Part shown: one piece after another, positions 56,363-64,000 of the stretch
How positions within the stretch are numbered: the first letter of the stretch is position 1
Layout of the letters: each line of letters starts with the position of its first letter
From: a virus
Direction: 5' to 3' (one strand)
Length of the DNA stretch: 64,000 bases
Virus record (IMG/VR): IMGVR_UViG_3300042539_000280
Span: 100,393-164,392 of that record
The notes under the pieces: generated by a model
What the model saw: only the letters and a program-made list of their open reading frames with translations
Database searches by the model: none
Told to the model about the DNA's origin: nothing
Made by a program: the position numbers and the translations under genes

Positions 56363-58912
56363 TCATGCGAAGAAGTCCTCCAGACTTGCAGTTTTCTCGG
56401 TCTTCCAACCAATGGAATCCAAGATGATTTTGAGAGGGTCAAGGAATGCTTTAGTGAACTGTGTATTATAGTCTATATATTTAGACAAGGCAAATTCTTC
56501 CGGTATACCGCCCTGAGGGAATGATATCACGTTAGATTGCACATGGTTTGGTTCTTTGAGGAATACATACTTTAGTTTCTCACCGTTTTGAATCAATGGA
56601 TACTTAGAAGTAAGGCCATTACTATGTAGAAAATGGTTATATATGAGAGCACCACGAACATGAATAGGGGTGCCGGATGCATATATAGTTTCTCTGTGCG
56701 AGTATTTAACCAAGCCGTTAATTCCTCGTGGGAAGGAAATCTCTGAGAGCGGCAGAGTTTCAAACTCTCGCTTGTAATCCTCAATAAAGCGGTACATTGC
56801 ATCTTCATTCTGGTTAAGAATAACATCAATACTTTCTTTCAGTTTGTCACGACATGATGATGGGGTTGAGGACTTGATCATTTCAAGCCCCTTTACTTTC
56901 ACCTTAGGTTGAGCATACTGCACACCTTCGGAGTTATGGACGTTTAGAATATAACGCTTCTTACCTGTCCAGATGGCCTTGTCACACAAGACCTCACGCT
57001 TCATTACTAACTTCTGTTGGAATACATTAATGTATGCACCAAGGTCTGCAAAAGCTTGATCAATAACAGGTTGTATCTTAGCTTCACATATTTTATCAAG
57101 ATATGCGATTTTTCTGTCCGTGCTTGTTTCAGTTTGACCAATCGTAGCACCCACGATCTTATCAAGATTAAGGTAAACTGAGTCCGTATCGATTGCAATA
57201 ACGTAGTCATCGTCTGCCTTTAGTACCTTGTTGAGATATTGGTTAATCCTTTTTTCGACCCAGCGTATGGAAAGTTGGCCAGTCGTCGTGACAGCAACCG
57301 CCTGACGTAGATCGAAGAACCGGAAGTATTTGGAACCCATAGCTCCGTAAAGAGAGTTGAGGGAGACCTTTTTAGAGAGTTGGAGGTTGTTGAACCTAGC
57401 AATCTTGTTTTTAAGTTCTTTCTTCTTCTTTGGGTCCGTTTCATTTTCGTAGGCCGCTTCGGCATCTAGCATTTCCTTCTTATAGAGTTTACGCTCGGCA
57501 AACATCTTCTCAACCATCTCTGGCATGAATCCTTGCTTGTCACGGCGGAAGAACTGACCATTGGCAGTTAGGGTAACGTTATCACTGTGTAGACCGGAGG
57601 TGTCAATAACACCTGATAAGAGGCGGTCAATATCCACAGACTGATTAAGAACATTCCGCATACTGTCAGTATAGGACTCAGGTTCAACAATAGTCTCAGG
57701 ACTAATGTTAGAACCCATGATAACAGAAGGATACTCAGAATTAACGTCATAAGATGCCACCCAGTTATAAAGACCGGGAACAGGGGGTTTAACATAAGCA
57801 CCTTCGTATTTCTCCTTCTTCTCGTTTCTAACGATTGGTGGAACTACAATGTTCTTTGACTTGAGGTGGTGGAAACAGATAACGTCCCACATGCGGACTT
57901 GTGCGAACACGTCCTCAAAGTTACACTTGTTGTCATAGGACAAGGTAAGGGCCAACTCGATTAGTTTATTCTTGGCATCGATCTTATCAACGAGGTCAAC
58001 GTCTTTGATGTTATAGTCGATGAACTTTTGATAGTCTTGCTTATACAGACCGATAAGATTGCCATATTCCTCATACGACAACTTACGCTCACCAAGTTCC
58101 TCGTGGGCGATGTTATCCAACTTATAGGATTCTTGTGACTTACCATCTGGTGCATATCGCTGGTATAGATCAAGCATATCCAGGGTAGCAATACCCTTGA
58201 ATGAATAGGAATTGATCACACGATTTTGTCCAAGGTCAACCTGCTTGGGAGTAATGATACCCCAAGGTGAAAGTTTCTTGGCCTCTGGTTCACCAGCAAT
58301 CTTGGCAATACGATTAACAAGATAAGGAATATCGAAGTTCTGGACGTTCCAACCTGTAATGATATCAGGATATTCGGACTGCCACCAACCAATAAACTTC
58401 TTGATTAGGTCATACTCATTAGAGCATTGGATATAGGTAACCGTATTGCGGGTGTTGTTATAATCACCGCAACCAAAGGTTGTGAAATGGCCATCCATCT
58501 TGACCGTGATAGCAGTCAATGGGCCATTAGCATCGTCAGGTTCAGGGAACCCACCATTCGGTGGTTCACCAACCTCGATATCGATATTGGCCACTTTGAT
58601 CTGTGAGATATCCCAATCGACAACACCTTTAAACTCGTCCGCAATAAAGCAATACTGATAACGTTGATTACCATATACGGTAAAGTTCTCAACACCTTCA
58701 TACTGCTTTACAAAGTCACGGGCGTCACGGATCGTTCCCGGTTTCACAGGCCCGACATACTCGCCATGTATCGTGGTATACTTGGTAGGTGTCTGGGAAC
58801 GAACAAAGAGTGTCGGGTGGTAGTCCACCTTATACGACACTCTCCGTCCATCCTCAACGCCTCTATACAGGATTTTACCTGACCATAGTTCAACGTTGGT
58901 ATAAAATTTCAT
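56363..58912 (-). CDS. gp43: family B DNA polymerase (T4 gp43-like)
   Basis: exonuclease DIEV/FDIPY; YDVNSEYPS, KVSLNSLYG, IDTDS, KKRY, KGLE. Confidence 0.95.
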   Translation of the reverse strand: MKFYTNVELWSGKILYRGVEDGRRVSYKVDYHPTLFVRSQTPTKYTTIHGEYVGPVKPGTIRDARDFVKQYEGVENFTVYGNQRYQYCFIADEFKGVVDWDISQIKVANIDIEVGEPPNGGFPEPDDANGPLTAITVKMDGHFTTFGCGDYNNTRNTVTYIQCSNEYDLIKKFIGWWQSEYPDIITGWNVQNFDIPYLVNRIAKIAGEPEAKKLSPWGIITPKQVDLGQNRVINSYSFKGIATLDMLDLYQRYAPDGKSQESYKLDNIAHEELGERKLSYEEYGNLIGLYKQDYQKFIDYNIKDVDLVDKIDAKNKLIELALTLSYDNKCNFEDVFAQVRMWDVICFHHLKSKNIVVPPIVRNEKKEKYEGAYVKPPVPGLYNWVASYDVNSEYPSVIMGSNISPETIVEPESYTDSMRNVLNQSVDIDRLLSGVIDTSGLHSDNVTLTANGQFFRRDKQGFMPEMVEKMFAERKLYKKEMLDAEAAYENETDPKKKKELKNKIARFNNLQLSKKVSLNSLYGAMGSKYFRFFDLRQAVAVTTTGQLSIRWVEKRINQYLNKVLKADDDYVIAIDTDSVYLNLDKIVGATIGQTETSTDRKIAYLDKICEAKIQPVIDQAFADLGAYINVFQQKLVMKREVLCDKAIWTGKKRYILNVHNSEGVQYAQPKVKVKGLEMIKSSTPSSCRDKLKESIDVILNQNEDAMYRFIEDYKREFETLPLSEISFPRGINGLVKYSHRETIYASGTPIHVRGALIYNHFLHSNGLTSKYPLIQNGEKLKYVFLKEPNHVQSNVISFPQGGIPEEFALSKYIDYNTQFTKAFLDPLKIILDSIGWKTEKTASLEDFFA

Positions 58913-59226
58913 TAGTTTCCTGGTAGGATTAGTTTGTTGTCGGCCATAACAATGCCGCCAAAGATAGAGTTATACTGGTTGATAAAGTCTGTAATTGGTT
59001 CCATATGACACATGATCACATGGTTATAGATCACAAACTCCTTGTCCTTCGACCAATTGGTAAAAGGTGCAAGTGCCACGCCTGGCTCCTTAGGGTTCTC
59101 CTTCGATGGAATTACCACGATACGGACAGGGTTACGGATCTTTGTGGTCTTTTCAGTGACCTCAAGAACCTCACCAATAATGTCCTCGCCCGTGAAAAAG
59201 CGAACAATCTTCAAATCTTTTGCCAT
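58912..59226 (-). CDS. T4-like conserved hypothetical protein
   Basis: K.VR..TGEDII motif; usual neighbour upstream of gp43. Confidence 0.65.
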   Translation of the reverse strand: MAKDLKIVRFFTGEDIIGEVLEVTEKTTKIRNPVRIVVIPSKENPKEPGVALAPFTNWSKDKEFVIYNHVIMCHMEPITDFINQYNSIFGGIVMADNKLILPGN

Positions 59227-59442
59227 TAGTCTACAATCTCCATTAGATAGTCATAAACGCCGACTGTAACCCACTTCTCAGGAATATGGGTCATTCGGCT
59301 ACCATTCTCACCCACGAATGAGTAAGAGTTATCAAGATCCATGATCTTTACGATCCGTTCCCACTTGCCATCAAAGGCACGCTGCTTGAACTCCTCAGCA
59401 AGGATATCCACTTTCTTACCATTGAAAATCATACTAATCTCC

Positions 59443-60057
59443 TTAGTCCCATAGTCCTTGATAATACTTCCCGAATAGTCGGAAGCCGTTTTGAATACGA
59501 TCATTATACAACTTCATGCCATCAAAGTCAACCCAATAATCAGGATTGATCTGATTTACTTGATACATAGCGTTTTCATCATCTTCTTCGCCTGAAACAA
59601 GATCCCATTTATACTCAGCCTCACCATGATGAAATTGATCTTCCCATGAGTCATCAAGTTTGCTCTCAAAGGCAAAGATCATTTCATTGAGAACCCATTC
59701 CCATCTGTAATGGACCCAGTTATCATGGCCATCAGGATTACCATATCGCATATACGAAGGAAGATCCTCGTCATCAACCAATTGAGAACCGTGCTTGGTT
59801 TCTTGTAGTTGCATGAGCATAGGAAGAACGATGTGGGCTAGAGTATGATCCATTGACCAAGTATCATACTTATCAATACGCACCTTGATATCACGTTCGC
59901 CACGGATTTTATATACCCAATCACAAACTTTAGCAACCCAAGTATCGGCAAGCCATGTACCAATCTTGTGTGAAGTATCTTCGCTAACAAATGGAATCCA
60001 ATCAGCAATCTGATATGGTCCGATCCAATTACGGTAAGGTCCGATGTAGACTTTCAT
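59443..60057 (-). CDS. conserved phage hypothetical protein
   Basis: DTWSMDHTLA.I.LP.L, G.RLFGKYY.GLWD. Confidence 0.7.
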   Translation of the reverse strand: MKVYIGPYRNWIGPYQIADWIPFVSEDTSHKIGTWLADTWVAKVCDWVYKIRGERDIKVRIDKYDTWSMDHTLAHIVLPMLMQLQETKHGSQLVDDEDLPSYMRYGNPDGHDNWVHYRWEWVLNEMIFAFESKLDDSWEDQFHHGEAEYKWDLVSGEEDDENAMYQVNQINPDYWVDFDGMKLYNDRIQNGFRLFGKYYQGLWD

Positions 60058-60223
60058 AATGTTTCCTTATTTCAATTTTGATGTTATGGGCACAGGTAGC
60101 ACATTCAACGGAACACCCGTGTTTGTTCATGATTTCCTGGACAGAAGGAACAGGCCCGGAATGATTGTCCAGAATTTGTTTGACAGTATTGGAAGATAGT
60201 GCGTTACAGGAACATAAGATCAT
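60029..60223 (-). CDS. bfd: Bfd-like [2Fe-2S] ferredoxin
   Basis: MILCSCN...CATC; TTGACA-16-TATAAT promoter and RBS. Confidence 0.7.
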   Translation of the reverse strand: MILCSCNALSSNTVKQILDNHSGPVPSVQEIMNKHGCSVECATCAHNIKIEIRKHYESLHRTLP

Positions 60224-60275
60224 TGCTTCCTCTCCTAATACTATATATTATAGCAGAATGTTTGGAGATGTCAAG

Positions 60276-60614
60276 ATGCCTATCAATAGTTGGACAATAA
60301 ATCTTATAGCAGCAATCGTTCTTTCCGTTATACTCGGCGGCGGATACTATGTATGGAAAAGAAACGTAGAAGAAGCAGCCGTTGCCGAATTGAGAATACA
60401 ACAGTTAGAAACCGAGTTGAAGGCACAAGAGAAACTTGTGGAAGACCTGACTGCTATCAACAAAGAGAGTAATGAGATTATTGCCGACCTCAAACAAAAA
60501 GAGATTGATCTAAACCAGAAACTAAGAGACTTGGATTCATATCTAAGCACCCATAAAGACGATAAAGAGTCATCAGAGGTTCTCAAAAGAACATTCAAGG
60601 AGTTATCCCAATGA
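60276..60614 (+). CDS. putative i-spanin (Rz-like)
   Basis: N-terminal TM helix then coiled coil; GGAGA RBS; overlaps the lipoprotein gene. Confidence 0.7.
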   Translation: MPINSWTINLIAAIVLSVILGGGYYVWKRNVEEAAVAELRIQQLETELKAQEKLVEDLTAINKESNEIIADLKQKEIDLNQKLRDLDSYLSTHKDDKESSEVLKRTFKELSQ

Positions 60615-60874
60615 AGAAATTTATCATAATTGCGGCACTCCTGTTGACAGGATGTCAGTCTACGGCGCCTACTACAAAACTCCGTGTGGTAACCCCACCT
60701 GATCAAATGTATGATTGTCCTATCAAAAAACAATGGCCAAAATGGCAGACACTAAATGACACCGAGGTGGCCAAAACGGTCGTTGAACTTTATAAGAACA
60801 ATTCTCGTTGTAAGGCCTCCGTCGATGCCATTCGTAAGTTTCTAGCGGATGCTAAGACCCGCATAGAACGTTAG
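60611..60874 (+). CDS. putative o-spanin (Rz1-like lipoprotein)
   Basis: lipobox LLTGC, Pro-rich linker, two further Cys. Confidence 0.75.
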   Translation: MKKFIIIAALLLTGCQSTAPTTKLRVVTPPDQMYDCPIKKQWPKWQTLNDTEVAKTVVELYKNNSRCKASVDAIRKFLADAKTRIER

Positions 60875-61107
60875 AGTGTGGTTGGTGGGGATGGAGTCTG
60901 TGCATTGGTAACATTGTTATCCTTTGCAGCAACACCAATACCAACGATTGATAGTAGGAATGGCCATACTTCATCCAATGGTGGAAGAGGCATTGACTCT
61001 GGCCACACACCAGCATACTTTAGAGCATAGGCAACTAATGGGATTAGTGCCATTGCTGTGGTACGCCAGTTAGCAGTAAGATTTGAGAGGTTCATAAGAA
61101 GCTCCAT
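60871..61107 (-). CDS. putative holin
   Basis: NWRTT, two TM helices, AKD.NVT; CTAAATA late promoter 61133-61139. Confidence 0.6.
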   Translation of the reverse strand: MELLMNLSNLTANWRTTAMALIPLVAYALKYAGVWPESMPLPPLDEVWPFLLSIVGIGVAAKDNNVTNAQTPSPPTTL

Positions 61108-61151
61108 AATAATACCCGGAATTGGGTACCACTATTTAGTTTCCTATAGAT

Positions 61152-61226
61152 TGGAGCGGGTGACTGGGATCGAACCAGCGACGAACAGCTTGGAAGGCTG
61201 ACACTCTACCACTGAGTTACACCCGC
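61152..61226 (-). tRNA. tRNA-Gly(TCC)
   Basis: canonical cloverleaf, anticodon TCC, CCA. Confidence 0.92.
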
Positions 61227-61233
61227 AATTCTT

Positions 61234-61479
61234 TTACTGTATCTGGTATATAGCCGTGCCACAAGATGGCTTAATCACAGGTGATATTTCCCATGAACGA
61301 AGCCAACCCTGATGCCAAGTCCCACCAACACAATACATACCACGATGAACGGGACCTGACCAGTCACCAGCAAATGGTGGATCCTGGATAGGATTGTAAT
61401 ATGTTCCGTAAGGAACATGATTGTGAGCGAAGGCCGAGGTGCTAAAAAGCACCGCAGCAAGGATTAGAACCCGTCTCAT
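61234..61479 (-). CDS. small exported protein
   Basis: signal peptide ending SAFA. Confidence 0.55.
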   Translation of the reverse strand: MRRVLILAAVLFSTSAFAHNHVPYGTYYNPIQDPPFAGDWSGPVHRGMYCVGGTWHQGWLRSWEISPVIKPSCGTAIYQIQ

Positions 61480-61763
61480 AGACCAAGAACACCTAGACCT
61501 AGAAGGCCCTGCTTACCCTTTGGGGTAATATCAATAGAGATATCGGAACCATCATTGTCAACGTCAACGTCAGCACCTGGAGGGGCAGTAACAACTAGAC
61601 CGTGTGGGGTATACTGTGCTGCTGGAGCATAGACGCCTGCACTCTTGGTAGCACCAGGAACTGCAACAGTCTTACCGTTGTGGGTTTCATCTAGGGTTGT
61701 TAGTGCGGAAGCGGAAACTGTTAGACCTAGAATTAGGGCTGCTGCTAGAAATACCTTATTCAT
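61476..61763 (-). CDS. small exported protein
   Basis: signal peptide; C-terminal GLLGLGVLGL. Confidence 0.55.
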   Translation of the reverse strand: MNKVFLAAALILGLTVSASALTTLDETHNGKTVAVPGATKSAGVYAPAAQYTPHGLVVTAPPGADVDVDNDGSDISIDITPKGKQGLLGLGVLGL

Positions 61764-61798
61764 TATTATTCACCTTTCTTGTTATAGGGATTGTCCCA

Positions 61799-62401
61799 TT
61801 AGTAATAATCTGGAGTTGTAAATGTGAAATTGATAACACACCTTGTATGTGATTTCACAGGAGCAAAACTAGAATGATATGTAGCACCATCGAATAAGAC
61901 GATCTTATTTTCTTGAGGTGTTATGGTTCTTTCAATCTCAAAACCACCATTTTTGTTTATATAATCAATATCTTCCATCCATCCTCGGCCTGCACAAGGA
62001 TCAAATTGTTGTTTGTAGAAAATTGTATCACCATCACTATCATTCATATATAGAACGGCCGCCACATGTCGTCTTTCATCATCGATATGCGGAGTGTGTT
62101 CATAATATACAGGCTTAATAGTTTCAAGATTTGTTCTTGATCTATACAATTCCCTCATTTCAATATTAGCCTTATCGAGGATAGAAAAGATACAACTGTC
62201 CATAATAGGTTTCAATGTAGGATTGAGAACACCTAAACTATCTTCATAGAAGCGATGATAAAAACTGTAAACGTAAGTATCATCACCTTTATCGGCAGGA
62301 CCAGTGGTCTTGATATAATACCACGGAAATTGCTCATTGAAAATGTGTTCTTTCAGGTATCGAAAGAGATTATTTGGTAGAGCATTTTCCATAATTATCA
62401 T
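61799..62401 (-). CDS. 2OG-Fe(II) oxygenase
   Basis: FPWYY, PHID, LYMNDSDGDT.F, FDG..YHSS, R.VINF. Confidence 0.85.
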   Translation of the reverse strand: MIIMENALPNNLFRYLKEHIFNEQFPWYYIKTTGPADKGDDTYVYSFYHRFYEDSLGVLNPTLKPIMDSCIFSILDKANIEMRELYRSRTNLETIKPVYYEHTPHIDDERRHVAAVLYMNDSDGDTIFYKQQFDPCAGRGWMEDIDYINKNGGFEIERTITPQENKIVLFDGATYHSSFAPVKSHTRCVINFTFTTPDYY

Positions 62402-63232
62402 AATAAAACCTTTTCTTTATGCGAGTCCTGTACCATCATGATCGGCAAGGACAGGATTTTTCAATGAACCGTCGAGATTTCGTTCTCTTGGTGTGCGATC
62501 TACACCGATGAAATTCTCTGGATGTTTGAGGATTTCCGCAACAAACTTGACAAACTCCAATAGTTGTTCTTTGTCATAGTTGGTGCCTAGTTTACCTTCT
62601 TCACGAATGTAAGCAGAAATCATGCAATATGCTTCTGTTACGGCGGAATGACTTACTTTATCTCCTACGAGCATTTATCTCTCCTTTATAACCTTTAGTA
62701 TATAGGTCATTTTGTATTGTGTCAAGTCTTTTGTCCAGGTCTCTGACACTTTACCCGGTATTCTAATGGTTTATTAGGATGATCTTTCTGCCAGTCATCA
62801 ATATACTGTGCAGCACGAATGTATCCTTCAAGTAAGCACTTGGTAGGAGTCTCGACCGCATCCAATGTTTCAGAATAAATCTTGGTTGTACCGTCACACT
62901 TGCTAGTTTCACCAGCAACAACGGCACAATACATTACAATAGGGACAATATAGTTTAGCACTTGAACCTCACTGTGGCGTCTTTCCATTCACCCATCACG
63001 GGCACCTGGGCCTGTGCGGTTTTCAATTGACACACCTTCGGTTCAATCTTGACCTGGTGCGTTTCACATTCACCAGAATGTAGGCAAATGCTGATAACAG
63101 CAAATACTAACTCTTTCATACTATGCTCCATGTATTGTTAGTGCCGCAAAGTAGATCGTCAAAAACATGACGATTGTTCCTAGCAATGCCCCAACAATCG
63201 TGGGCCATTCCTTCTTATAATATTCTACTAAC

Positions 63233-63457
63233 TTATTCCCCTTGCGATTGGGAGACTGCTCTGTGGTAGTATCTGTCGAATATTGACAGACGATCTTCTT
63301 CTGAGTAGCAGTCGGGAATTGGATAACCTTTGACTTTTTCCCAGACATGATGTGCCATCTCCAATGTGTGTTCACGATCCGCTTCGGTAATGCGGAGGTG
63401 TTTTATCACCTCCACTCTTTTATCAAAGGACTGTGTAGAGGCCAATTGCGACACCAA
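63233..63457 (-). CDS. hypothetical protein
   Basis: ORF in co-directional run. Confidence 0.45.
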   Translation of the reverse strand: MVSQLASTQSFDKRVEVIKHLRITEADREHTLEMAHHVWEKVKGYPIPDCYSEEDRLSIFDRYYHRAVSQSQGE

Positions 63458-63650
63458 TTGTTAGCGGAATTAGGTTATTCAACATAACAACACCGAGTGT
63501 GGTAAAGAACAGGGAGGAGGATTCATCACCTTCTTCCATCTGATCTAGTTCTGGCTCGATGATGTATTCATATACCCACTTCTTGATGGTCGTATTGACC
63601 AACATGCTGAAAATCAGGGCGGCAGGTACGATAAGGAAGTTAATCATTGT

Positions 63651-63911
63651 TTAGTCCTTTGCTTCATTGATACGGTTGTTATAATACACCAAAAGTTCGC
63701 ACAAGTCAATAGTCTTTTTCAAGTCCTTTTCCGTTATCTGGTTTTCTGCCAAAATCTGTAATTGCTCTCTCCTGTTCTCGCAGGTACTCATTTGACGGAG
63801 TATTTCGATGCAATCCTCCAGATCCTCGTTCAGTAGTTCGAACATGATTTGTTTCCTTATTGTGGATCCAATCGTTACATGCTCTAATTTGCTGATCCGT
63901 GATTTCCCCAT
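63651..63911 (-). CDS. hypothetical protein
   Basis: ORF in co-directional run. Confidence 0.5.
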   Translation of the reverse strand: MGKSRISKLEHVTIGSTIRKQIMFELLNEDLEDCIEILRQMSTCENRREQLQILAENQITEKDLKKTIDLCELLVYYNNRINEAKD

Positions 63912-64000
63912 TACAAACTGGCTTCATCTTCGGATACATAAAAATTTGATCTAGTATAGGTATAGTCATATAAAGAAAAATGAAGACCGCACCAAAGGTA

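Noticed and set aside
16459-58912. Inteins or group I introns in nrdJ, thyX, gp41, uvsX and gp43
   Set aside because: All are uninterrupted and of normal length, with no intein termini or embedded homing endonuclease
1069-59269. Numerous plus-strand ORFs overlapping minus-strand genes
   Set aside because: Antisense shadows of real genes, without RBS or recognisable motifs
44321-61226. Stop-codon reassignment or suppressor tRNA
   Set aside because: No CTA, TTA or TCA anticodon found; core genes are full length in the standard code and use all three stops

Overview
64 kb of a large T4-like (myovirus) phage genome, almost all on the minus strand. The host is probably an alphaproteobacterium (Hyphomicrobiales-like): the tRNA-His has no G-1 and carries G1:U72/A73, and there are rhizobial-type secreted proteins. 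Core genes: ATP-dependent DNA ligase, RNase H, glutaredoxin, class II (B12) NrdJ, ThyX, primase gp61, helicase gp41, UvsX, DNA polymerase gp43, a Dam-like methylase, GH19 endolysin, holin and spanins. There are 31 CCA-encoding tRNA genes covering all 20 amino acids, with several non-tRNA structured RNAs among them. Most notable: (1) a late block at about 21.5-33 kb of putative virion-internal polyproteins punctuated by (I/L/V/M)-x-E prohead-protease sites, including a clear -1 frameshift signal (G GGT TTC TAG), a cytidylyltransferase-HExxH-kinase polyprotein and an RNA-ligase-like protein; (2) a five-copy promoter cassette with a TGCGACA-N3-TGWCGCA palindrome resembling a RegA/PrrA box, inside covarying inverted repeats; (3) promoter spacers complementary to their own RBS/ATG; (4) at least 8 2OG-Fe(II) oxygenases plus GT32, QueG-like and B12-radical-SAM genes inserted singly between core genes; (5) a set of exported cell-wall-remodelling enzymes. 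All calls come from reading motifs by eye; no database searches were run.
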